DNA of 64,000 bases from Chloroflexia bacterium (GTDB taxonomy: Bacteria > Chloroflexota > Chloroflexia > DTKN01): the NCBI GenBank assembly GCA_049970175.1, contig JBMFNL010000009.1, positions 238-64,237 of the forward strand, read 5' to 3'. The position numbers and the translations under genes were made by a program. Position 1 is the first letter of the stretch, and each line of letters opens with the position of its first letter. The notes below the pieces were generated by a model, which searched no databases, was not told the DNA's origin, and worked only from the letters and a program-made list of their open reading frames with translations. This document shows, one piece after another, positions 9,640 to 19,445 of this stretch.

Positions 9640-10109
9640 GGCGTCCGCGCATCGCCGTCTGCGGCTCCGGCAGGTGCGACGAGGCCACCTATGAGCAGGC
9701 CCGCGAGGTGGGCCGGCTCATCGGTGCCGCCGGAGCCGTTCTCCTCTGCGGCGGCCTGGGCGGGGTGATGGAGGCCGCCTGCCGGGGAGCACGAGAGGCC
9801 GGAGGCTTTACCGTGGGGATTCTCCCCGGTCTGGAAGCGGCGGCCGCCAATCCCTATGTGGACCTGCCCATCGTGACCGGGATGGGCCAGGCGCGTAACG
9901 TGATCCTGGTCCTCTCGGCGCAGGCCATTATCGCCGTTGCCGGGGAGGCCGGGACGCTTTCGGAGGTGGCCCTGGCCCTGAAACTCGGCCGGCCGGTGGT
10001 CGGCCTGCGGACCTGGAGACTCCTCCGACCCGACGGCACGCCCGAGGAACGCCTTCTCCCAGCCCACTCGCCGGAGGAGGCCGTCCGCCTGGCGCTGGAA
10101 AGGGCCTGA
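9636..10109 (+). CDS. TIGR00725-like (LOG/SLOG Rossmann-fold) protein
   Basis: IAVCGSG...CGGLGGVMEAACRGA..AGG.TVGILPG...GMGQARNV...GTLSEV. Confidence 0.85.
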   Translation: MRRPRIAVCGSGRCDEATYEQAREVGRLIGAAGAVLLCGGLGGVMEAACRGAREAGGFTVGILPGLEAAAANPYVDLPIVTGMGQARNVILVLSAQAIIAVAGEAGTLSEVALALKLGRPVVGLRTWRLLRPDGTPEERLLPAHSPEEAVRLALERA

Positions 10110-10251
10110 CTTTTCACTACCTTTTCATCCACCCCGGCTACACTTGGGGGAGACAAGGGCCAAGTCGTCCTTCCTCTTCCCCGGCAGCCCCCGGGGAGAC
10201 GAGCGAGCCGGGTTACGATGAGGTCCGGCTCCGGATTTGGAGGTGGGTGCG

Positions 10252-11496
10252 ATGAGCGATTTCTATCGTTGGGAAAGCGGCCTTTCTCCAGAGGCGCGCC
10301 AGCCGCAGGGCGACGGCCACTGGGCCCGGAGGGTGGTGGTGGCGGCCGTCCTGGTCAGCCTGCTGGTGGGAGCGGTGGCCGGCTTCCTGGCCGGTGGAGC
10401 GGTGTCCTATGTGATGGCTCAGGTGGCGAGCGTTCGTCCGAGCCCGGTACAGGTGACCACCACGGGGGTATCCCCGATCACGCCGCCCACGGCCGAGCCG
10501 GCCCGGCCGGTCCTGCCCACGCCGCTGCCCGTTCCCCAGGAAGGTTCGCTGACGGTGGCCGAGGTGGTGCAGCGGGTGGGGCCGGCCGTGGTCACCGTGA
10601 TCAACAAGTTGCAGAGCCAGCCCAGCCCCTGGGGCTGGCCCCAGGAATCTCCCCAGGCCAGCGGATCCGGCGTCCTGGTGGACCCGCGCGGCTATATCGT
10701 GACCAACTACCACGTGGTCGAAGGTGCTGCCGAACTGACCGTGATCTTCCACGACGGGACCAGCCGGCCGGCCCGCCTCATCGGCCACGACTATCCCTTC
10801 AGCGATCTCGCCGTCATCCAGGTGGAAGGCGAGGGCTACCCCTACGCCGTCCTGGGCAACTCCGATGACCTCCTGGTGGGCGAGGCGGTCGTGGCCATCG
10901 GAAGCGCCCTGGGGGACTTTCGCAACACCGTCACCACCGGCGTGGTGAGCGGGGTCGGCCGCACCCTCAAGGTCTCCGAGGACGTTTCCATGGAGGGGAT
11001 GATCCAAACCGATGCGGCCATCAACCATGGCAACAGCGGCGGCCCCCTGGTCAACTTGCGCGGGGAGGTGATCGGCATCAACACGGCCATCATCCGCGGC
11101 AGCGCCCTTTCCGGGGACGTGGCCGAGGGGCTGGGCTTTGCCATCCCCAGCAACACCGTCCGCTACGTCGTCGAGCAACTGATCGCCCGGGGCAAGGTCG
11201 TCCGGCCGTATCTGGGGATTCGCTCCATCACGGTCAACCGCAGCCTGGCCGCCTACTACAATCTGCCGGTGGATCACGGGGTCTATGTGCGGGAGGTCAT
11301 CCCCGATACCCCGGCGGCACAGGCCGGCATCCGGCAGGGCGACATCATCACCGCCATCGGCGGCCTGACGATTGACGAGGACCATCCGCTCATCAACGTC
11401 CTGTCCCACTTTGAAACCGGGCAGCGGGTGCAGGTGGAACTCAACCGGGATGGACGGACGATGCAGGTGGAGGTAACGTTGGGCGAACGGCCCTGA
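10252..11496 (+). CDS. htrA: HtrA/DegP family serine protease with PDZ domain
   Basis: N-terminal TM; TNYHVV, DLAV, QTDAAINHGNSGGPL catalytic motifs; C-terminal PDZ. Confidence 0.92.
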   Translation: MSDFYRWESGLSPEARQPQGDGHWARRVVVAAVLVSLLVGAVAGFLAGGAVSYVMAQVASVRPSPVQVTTTGVSPITPPTAEPARPVLPTPLPVPQEGSLTVAEVVQRVGPAVVTVINKLQSQPSPWGWPQESPQASGSGVLVDPRGYIVTNYHVVEGAAELTVIFHDGTSRPARLIGHDYPFSDLAVIQVEGEGYPYAVLGNSDDLLVGEAVVAIGSALGDFRNTVTTGVVSGVGRTLKVSEDVSMEGMIQTDAAINHGNSGGPLVNLRGEVIGINTAIIRGSALSGDVAEGLGFAIPSNTVRYVVEQLIARGKVVRPYLGIRSITVNRSLAAYYNLPVDHGVYVREVIPDTPAAQAGIRQGDIITAIGGLTIDEDHPLINVLSHFETGQRVQVELNRDGRTMQVEVTLGERP

Positions 11497-11674
11497 GTAC
11501 GGTTGAACGCAAGTTCCAGGTTGAAGGCCCAAATACCGGATGATTTTCTCGGAGTTTGGCCCGGATGCCCGGTACGAACTTGCGAAACCGCCTACCAAGG
11601 CGTGGGCACGCTTTCACGTTGTACGTCGGCATGCTCGCCATCCGGGGGATTCCCCATACAGTGGCCTGTAGAAA

Positions 11675-12721
11675 ATGGCTTGGACCTGTGTAACCGGGAT
11701 CGAGGAACGCCGCTGGGATGCCTTTGTGGCGGGGCATCCCGGCGGCCATCTTTTACAGAGCGCGGCCTGGGGTGCGCTGAAGTCGGCCTTTGGCTGGGAG
11801 GCGGTGCGGCTGGCCGTGTTGGAGGGCGGGGAGATGCGTGCCGCCGCGCAGGTACTTTTCCGCCGTTTTCCGGGCTTTTCCCTGGCCTATGTACCGCGGG
11901 GGCCGGTGGTCGACTGGGAAGATACGGAAACCCTGGAGGTACTTTTGGAGGGATTGGAGCGGGCCGGCCGGGCCCGGGGGGCACTCGTTCTCAAGATCGA
12001 GCCGAACCGGCCCGAGGAAGCGGGCTTTTCCGAGCGGCTGCGCCGCCTGGGCTTTCTGCCGGGGCGGCCGGTGCAGCCCCGCAGCACGTGGGTGGTGGAC
12101 CTGGAGGGGACGGAGGAGGAATGGCTATCGCGGATGAAACCCAAGACGCGCTACAACATCCGTCTGGCCGGCCGGCGGGGGGTACGGGTGCGGCCGGCGT
12201 GCGGGCCGGAGGAGGTGGATCTGTTCTACGACCTCCTCCAGGAGACGGCCCGGCGCGACGCCTTCGGCATCCACACCCGGCCCTACTACCAGGCAGTCTA
12301 CCATCGGCTCTGTGAAAGCGGCCTGGGCGTGCTCCTCTTCGCCGAACGGGAGGGGGAGGTGCTGGCCGCGCTGCTGGCCGCTTCCTGGGGACGGGAGGCG
12401 ATCTACCTCTACGGCGCTTCCCGCAGCCGGGGGCAGGAACATATGCCCTCCTACCTCCTGCAATGGGAGGCGATGCGCTGGGCCCGCTCCCGGGGCTGCA
12501 CCCGCTACGACCTCTGGGGCATCCCTGACAGCGTCCTGGAGGGCGGGGACGAACGGGAGGAGCGGCGGGAGAAGAACGTCCGCGAGGGGATGTGGGGAGT
12601 CTACCGCTTCAAACAGGGCTTTGGCGGCCGGCCGCTGCGCACCGTGGGCGCTTACGACCGGCCCGGCCGGCCCTTCCTGTACCGGCTTTACCGGAGGGTG
12701 CTGGGAAACCGGGGGTTCTGA
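11675..12721 (+). CDS. FemABX family aminoacyl-tRNA-dependent peptidyltransferase (lipid II bridge formation)
   Basis: HLLQSAAWG.LK..FGW, YVPRGPV, KPKTRYNIRLA.RRGV, YLLQWEA, YDLWG, FKQGFGG. Confidence 0.85.
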   Translation: MAWTCVTGIEERRWDAFVAGHPGGHLLQSAAWGALKSAFGWEAVRLAVLEGGEMRAAAQVLFRRFPGFSLAYVPRGPVVDWEDTETLEVLLEGLERAGRARGALVLKIEPNRPEEAGFSERLRRLGFLPGRPVQPRSTWVVDLEGTEEEWLSRMKPKTRYNIRLAGRRGVRVRPACGPEEVDLFYDLLQETARRDAFGIHTRPYYQAVYHRLCESGLGVLLFAEREGEVLAALLAASWGREAIYLYGASRSRGQEHMPSYLLQWEAMRWARSRGCTRYDLWGIPDSVLEGGDEREERREKNVREGMWGVYRFKQGFGGRPLRTVGAYDRPGRPFLYRLYRRVLGNRGF

Positions 12722-12804
12722 ACCGTCGGGCATCCCCAAGGCGGCCAGGTCGATCTACCCGGACCGTGGAGCGGAGGAGCCGCCGGGACAGGTTGGCCTT
12801 CTAC

Positions 12805-12849
12805 ATTTCGACAGGATTTCGATAAACTCAATGGTTCGATAAACTCAAC
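12805..12849. repeat. REP-like repeat variants (TTCGACAGG; 2x TTCGATAAACTCAA) overlapping the DUF72 stop codon
   Basis: Variants of TTCGACAGGCTCAAC seen at 39821 and 44274. Confidence 0.6.
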
Positions 12850-13643
12850 ACGGCGTCCGGCGGCTCAGTGTACCGCTCGGCCAGCAGCAGGCGCAGTTGC
12901 CGGGCCGTCTGTACCGCCTGCCCCCGCCAGTGGTTGTTGGCAAAGACAAAGACCGTCTCGGCCTTCTGCTCCAGGTAGCGAATCTTGGGCAGCCACTCGC
13001 GCAGTTCCTCCTCGCTGTAGGTATAGTCGTAGCGCTCCCAGGACTCTTCGTGTTCCCACCATTTCGCCGCGTTGCGCCCGTGAAACCGGACATAGGCTAC
13101 CGGAGCCGTGGCCTCGGCCACGGGGGGCAAAAGCCCCTTCAGGCGAGGTTCGTCCACGCAGCAGAAGCCGAACCGAAGCCGGCGCAGCAGGTCAAAGGTT
13201 TCCTCGTTCACCCAGGCGGCGTTGCGGAACTCGATCACCACCGGCAGTTCCCCGAACCGTTCGCGCACCCGATGCAGGTAGTCCCGGTTCTCCCGGTTGG
13301 GGCGAAAGGACCAGGGGAACTGGGCCAGGATGCAGCCGAACTTGCCCTCCTCCTGGAGGGGGCGGAGGGCCTGGATGAACTGGGCAAAGGCGGCCTCGTT
13401 GTCCTCGCGTTCGTGGGTGAGTTCCTGGCTGGCCTTGACGGTGAAGAGGAAGCCGGCCGGCACCTTCCGGGCCATGGCCTGGAGGGTGTAGGGGTCGGGG
13501 AGGCGGTAGTAGGTGAAATTGACCTCGACGGTATCGAACTCTCGGGCGTAATAGGGGAGCATCTCCCGTTCGGGCAGGCCCTCCGGGTAAAAGGGGCCGA
13601 CCCAATCCGGGTAACTGTAGCCGCTGGTGCCGATACGGATCAT
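12828..13643 (-). CDS. DUF72 family protein
   Basis: IRIGTSGYSY.DW.G.FYP, FDTVEVNFTYY, LAQFP.SF, EFRNAAW, YVRFHGRN, YDYTYSEEEL, FANNH. Confidence 0.9.
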   Translation of the reverse strand: MIRIGTSGYSYPDWVGPFYPEGLPEREMLPYYAREFDTVEVNFTYYRLPDPYTLQAMARKVPAGFLFTVKASQELTHEREDNEAAFAQFIQALRPLQEEGKFGCILAQFPWSFRPNRENRDYLHRVRERFGELPVVIEFRNAAWVNEETFDLLRRLRFGFCCVDEPRLKGLLPPVAEATAPVAYVRFHGRNAAKWWEHEESWERYDYTYSEEELREWLPKIRYLEQKAETVFVFANNHWRGQAVQTARQLRLLLAERYTEPPDAVLSLSNH

Positions 13644-13646
13644 CGC

Positions 13647-14993
13647 CTATCCCTCGGCAGCACAGAAACGCCGCACCACCTCGTAGAGCACCTGCAGGCT
13701 GAAGCGCAGATTCTCCAGGGAGATGCGTTCGTTATGGGCATGGGCCAGTTGCAGGGGGGAAATGCTGCCCTCCTCGCGCAGGGGGCAGAAGCCGTAGGTG
13801 GTGACGCCCAGGGGGGTGAGGTGGCGGGCATCGGTGGCCCCGCAGACCATCATCGGGAGAAGGATGGCCTGGGGCTCGAACTCGCCAAGGACGGCCTCGA
13901 TGGTACGGTAGAGCGGGGTATCGGGGCCGGCCTCCAGACCGGGGGAGTACTCCTCGACCTGGATATCCACGGCCGGCCCGACGACCTCGCTTACCTCCCG
14001 CAGGAACTGCTCCGGATGCTGGTCGGGCAGGATGCGCCCGTCCACCAGGGCCTCGGCGGTGGAGGGGATGACGTTCACCTTCCGGCCGGCCTGGAGAACG
14101 GTGGGGGTGGCGGTGTTGTGGAGCATCCCAAAGATCATGCGCTGCCAGGCCGGGCCGATGGGCAACTGGCGCAGGAGAAAGGAACTGGCCGCCGGATCCA
14201 GCAGGCCGCGCACCAGGGTGGCCGTCTCGCGCCCCTGCCCACGGGCCAAACCCTCGATGAAACGTTTGGTGGTGCGGGTCAGGTGCATCGGCAGGGGCGT
14301 GCGGCCCAGTTTGAGCACCGCCTCGGCGAGGGTGACGACGGCATTCTCTTCCGGAGGGATGGCTCCGTGGCCGGCCTGGCCGCTGGCCCGCAGGCGCAGC
14401 CAGCAGACGCCCTTCTCGGCGGTCTGGCAGGTAAAGTAGGTCTGGCCGCGCAACTCCAGGCTAACGCCGCCGCCCTCGTTGATGGCGTATTCGGCCCGCA
14501 CCAGGTCGGGGTGGTTGACCACCAGCCAGGCCAACCCCTTGGAGCCGTGTTCCTCCTCGTCGGCACAGGCGGCCAGGATGATGTCGCGCTGGAGCGGGAT
14601 GCCCTGGCGATGGAGGAGCAGCACGACCATCAATCCGACGGCGGTCAAATTCTTGGTATCCACGGTGCCGCGGCCCCAGATGTAGCCGTCGGCGATGGTG
14701 GCGGAGAAGGGGGGATAGGCCCACTTATCGGCCTCGGCCGGGACCACATCCAGGTGTGAGAGGAGCAGGAGGGGAGCGGCCTGCCCGCCCCCGCGCAGGC
14801 GCACCACCAGGTTGGCCCGTTCGGGGGCGGATTCCAGGACGAGCGGCTCCAGGCCCTCGCGGGCCAGGACACCGGCCAGGTACTCGGCGGCCGGCCGTTC
14901 GCGACCGGGCGGGTTGGTGGTATCGAACTGCACCAGGGCCCGCAGGTGGGCCACCGTCTCCTCAAAGACCTGATCCCAGGGAATTCCGGCCAT
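13647..14993 (-). CDS. M20/M25/M40 family metallopeptidase/deacylase
   Basis: LLSHLDVVP, WGRGTVDTK, DEEHG, NEGGG, GHGA, HAHNERI. Confidence 0.88.
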   Translation of the reverse strand: MAGIPWDQVFEETVAHLRALVQFDTTNPPGRERPAAEYLAGVLAREGLEPLVLESAPERANLVVRLRGGGQAAPLLLLSHLDVVPAEADKWAYPPFSATIADGYIWGRGTVDTKNLTAVGLMVVLLLHRQGIPLQRDIILAACADEEEHGSKGLAWLVVNHPDLVRAEYAINEGGGVSLELRGQTYFTCQTAEKGVCWLRLRASGQAGHGAIPPEENAVVTLAEAVLKLGRTPLPMHLTRTTKRFIEGLARGQGRETATLVRGLLDPAASSFLLRQLPIGPAWQRMIFGMLHNTATPTVLQAGRKVNVIPSTAEALVDGRILPDQHPEQFLREVSEVVGPAVDIQVEEYSPGLEAGPDTPLYRTIEAVLGEFEPQAILLPMMVCGATDARHLTPLGVTTYGFCPLREEGSISPLQLAHAHNERISLENLRFSLQVLYEVVRRFCAAEG

Positions 14994-16348
<1,355 letters not shown>

Positions 16349-16352
<4 letters not shown>

Positions 16353-18346
16353 GGCCGTTCCCCCTGTGCCCCGCCTGAGGCAGGGCTCTCCTCATCGCTC
16401 AGATACCGCCGGGCATCCGGGAAAAGCCGGCGCGGCGGCGGCATGGCAATCTCCCAACGACGCTGGCTCAGGAGGGAAAGTTGTCGGGACACCTCCTGAA
16501 CCAGTTCCCGATTTCCCTCCTCCTGGGCGTGAAGAAGCACTTCGGCATACTCCCGACGCTGACGCTCGTTGGCCAGGGCCTCCAGGCGCTGGAGGCAGTC
16601 CTGAAGGGCGCGGCGGGCCGTCTCCTCATCCAGGGAGAGTTCCGCCCGGAAGCGGGTCAGGAGGTCCTCCAGGTGGCGGCGCAGTTCGGCCTCGGCGGAG
16701 GTTTCGGGCGGGCCGGCCGGGAGCATCTCCAGCAAGGCGCGGTGCTCTTCCCGGCTCAGCAGCGCATCCACCCCGGCCGGAAGACTTGCCCACAGTTCCG
16801 GGAAGCGGTAGAGCAGGGCCAGGAAGTAGCCCTCGACCACTTCCTCCCGACGTGTCCCGGGCAGGAAGGCGAGCGTCAAGTCTTCCCCAGCAGGTGCGGA
16901 CGGCCGGGTCAGGGAACCCAGGGGCGAAGGCGGTGTCCCCGCGGCCTCGGCAGGGCGAGGGGCCGGCCGCACATTCCCTCTCCAGCGCCGCAGTTCCGCG
17001 GAAACGGCCCGCTCGTCCACCCGCAGGAGATGGGCCAGGCGCTGGACGTAGTGGGCCTGCTCAACCGGGTCGTGTACTTCGGCCAGGAGAGGAAGGGCCT
17101 GTTCTACGGCCTCCCGCTTGCCCCGGCCCGTCTCGAGGTCGGCCTCCTGGGCGAGGTTCTCCAGCACAAAGTCGAGCACCGGGAGGGCCTGGGCCAGGTG
17201 CGCCTCCCATTCGGACCGGTCGGTCCGGATGACCTCATCGGGGTCGCATCCGGCCGGCAGGACCACGATGCGTACCTCGCCGTCCAGTTCCCGCTCAAAG
17301 CGCACCAGGCCCTGCGCCGTGGGCACCGGGACCAGGCGCTCGTCCATGGCCTCGCGGATCACCTCCAGGCCGCGCCGGACCGAAAGCCGCCCGGCCTCGT
17401 CGGCATCCAGGGCCAGGTAGAGCCGCCGCGTCATACGCTTGAGCAGACGCACCTGGGCGGCGGTGAGGGAGGTGCCCATCGGGGCGACGACGTTTCGGTA
17501 GCCCTCCTGATGGGCCATCAGGACGTCGAAGTACCCTTCCACCAGGATGACATATCCCTCATGGCGGATGGCCGGGGCCGCCAGGTCCAGGCCGTAGAGG
17601 AGCGCCCCTTTGTCGAAGATCGGGCTTTGCGGCGAGTTCAGATATTTGGGCTGCTGGGTGTCATCCAGCGCCCGCCCGCCGAAGCCGACGACGTTTCCCT
17701 GGAGATCACGGATGGGGAAGATGAGGCGGTGGCGGAAACGGTCGTAGGAACCCTTGGGTTGAGTAGCCGAAGGCGTATCGAAACCCGTACCCCCCTCGCG
17801 CTCGACCACCAGGCCGGACGAGCGCAGTTCGGCTTCGCTGTAGCCGCGTTCGCGCAGGGCCGTGAAGAGGGCCTCCCAGCGATCGGGGGCATAGCCCAGG
17901 GCAAAGGCCTGCACCGTTTCCGCCCGGATGCCCCGTCGGTCCAGGTAGGCGCGGGCCGGAGCCCCTTCGGGGCCCTGGAGTTGCTCCTGGAAGAAACGGG
18001 CCGCATCGCGGTGAATGTCCAGGAGGCGCCGGCGCATCCGGTCGGCTTCCTGCTCCTGAGGGGTCGGTGGATGGAGCACCACTCCGGCCCGTCGGGCCAG
18101 GACGCCCAGCGCTTCGGAAAACTTCAGGCGGTCCATCTGCATGAGGAAGGTGAAGACGTCCCCGCCGGCCCCGCAGCCGAAGCAGTGGTAGTGCTGTGAC
18201 TCGGGAAAGACGAAAAAGGAGGGCGTGCGCTCCTGGTGAAAGGGGCAAAGGCCCTTGTAGTTGCGCCCGGCCTTTTTCAAGGGCACGCGCTCCCCGATCA
18301 CCTCGACGATGTCCAGTCGAGACTTGACTTCCTCGATGACGCTCAT
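16349..18346 (-). CDS. dnaG: DNA primase
   Basis: CPFH.E.TPSF...HCFGC zinc finger; DRFRHR; KYLNSP; VEGYFDV; [15 protein letters not shown]. Confidence 0.95.
17751..17785. repeat. REP-like palindromic element inside the dnaG coding sequence
   Basis: cccttgggttgagtagccgaaggcgtatcgaaacc closely matches intergenic copies at 19122-19154 and 39861-39898. Confidence 0.85.
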
Positions 18347-19056
18347 CCCGACCTTCCGGGACGAAGCCGTCGGCCGGCGGCTTCGCCTCCCTCAACCCAA
18401 CGCAGCGCTTCCCGAACCCGACGGCGAAGGATGGGATCGGGGCTCTCCAGGGCCGCCGCAAGGACCGGCACATCCTCCGCGGTGGCCAGCCCGATCAGGG
18501 CCTCGGCCGCTGCCCGGCGTACCTGGAGGTCCTCCGCCTTCAAGGCTTCCAGGAGGGCCGGCCGGCCCTCCGGATGGCCGATTTCCCCCAGGGCGCGGGC
18601 GGCTTCCCGTTGCTCCTCCGGGTTTCCCCGACGCAGGAGGGCGACCAGGCCGGCCGTATCCCGCTCCGCCCGCAGCCGTTCGACCTGGGGGAGGCCGCGG
18701 CCGTGAAAGCCCAAGCCCACAGCCAGCGCCAGCCCGCCGACGGCCTGTACGCCGGATACGGTGTAAAAATAGTCCCAGGCGGGAAGGAAGGTGCGGATGC
18801 GGGCGGCGGCAAAGGCCGAGAGAAAGTACAGGGCAAAACAGGTGGCGGCGGCGGTCGGGGCGCGGGAACGGCTGCCCGAAAGGAGCCATCCCAGGAATAG
18901 GCCCAGCGGCAGCACGACCGTGCTCAGTACGGCCGGCCGGTACTCCCCCTGGGCCGCCTGCGGAACCCATAGCAGGAGGATCAGGAGGGCCGCCACCAGA
19001 CCGACCGTCAGGCCGGCCAACACCTTCAGAAACACTCCAACATCGAACCCGGACAT
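18343..19056 (-). CDS. Membrane protein (about 4 TM) with C-terminal HEAT/PBS-lyase repeats
   Basis: Hydrophobic segments followed by REAARALGEIG, VRRAAAEALIGL, LRRRVREAL; stop overlaps dnaG start (ATGA); the upstream ATG at 19158 lies in REP-derived sequence. Confidence 0.7.
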   Translation of the reverse strand: MSGFDVGVFLKVLAGLTVGLVAALLILLLWVPQAAQGEYRPAVLSTVVLPLGLFLGWLLSGSRSRAPTAAATCFALYFLSAFAAARIRTFLPAWDYFYTVSGVQAVGGLALAVGLGFHGRGLPQVERLRAERDTAGLVALLRRGNPEEQREAARALGEIGHPEGRPALLEALKAEDLQVRRAAAEALIGLATAEDVPVLAAALESPDPILRRRVREALRWVEGGEAAGRRLRPGRSG

Positions 19057-19081
19057 CGGCCGCACCCGCTGCCTCCGACAA

Positions 19082-19154
19082 GGTCTCGACAGGCTCGACC
19101 CAAGGGTCTCGACAGGCTCCACCCTTGGGTTGAGTAGCGAAGCGTATCGAAACC
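19082..19154. repeat. REP-like cluster (2x GGTCTCGACAGGCTC plus GGTTGAGTAGCGAAGCGTATCGAAACC)
   Basis: Direct match to family motifs at other loci. Confidence 0.8.
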
Positions 19155-19247
19155 TCAACGTCGGCGTTCGATCCCCAACGCTGCTCCGGGATCCCCGCCC
19201 ACAACGCTTCGTCAGGCTCAGCGCACCGCCGTCTGACTCCCTTTCGC

Positions 19248-19276
19248 ATTCTAAGGCATAGACGGCCGGGTGTCAA
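19248..19276 (-). promoter_or_regulatory. Sigma70 promoter for the HEAT-dnaG-rpoD operon
   Basis: Minus strand TTGACA, 17 bp, TAGAAT. Confidence 0.75.
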
Positions 19277-19375
19277 ATGGCGTGCCCGAGGGATGGATGT
19301 CTCCGGGTAGGCCGGCGCGCGGCGACGGCCGCAAAGTCCAGCCTCGCCCATGCCCCCTTGCCTGGGTTCGCCAGG

Positions 19376-19391
19376 TGTGATATAAGTCACA
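19376..19391. promoter_or_regulatory. CRP/FNR-family operator (TGTGA-N6-TCACA)
   Basis: tgtgatataagtcaca is a perfect consensus; TG-c-TATCCT extended -10 at 19410-19418. Confidence 0.7.
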
Positions 19392-19445
19392 GTAGGGGTC
19401 AGAACGGCATGCTATCCTGGTTCTGAACGCTGCGGTGGAGGACCG

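Noticed and set aside
19057-19158. N-terminal extension of the HEAT protein (MRFRYASLLNPRVEPVET...)
   Set aside because: Composed of REP sequence with no RBS; ATG 19056 is preferred, although this is not proven
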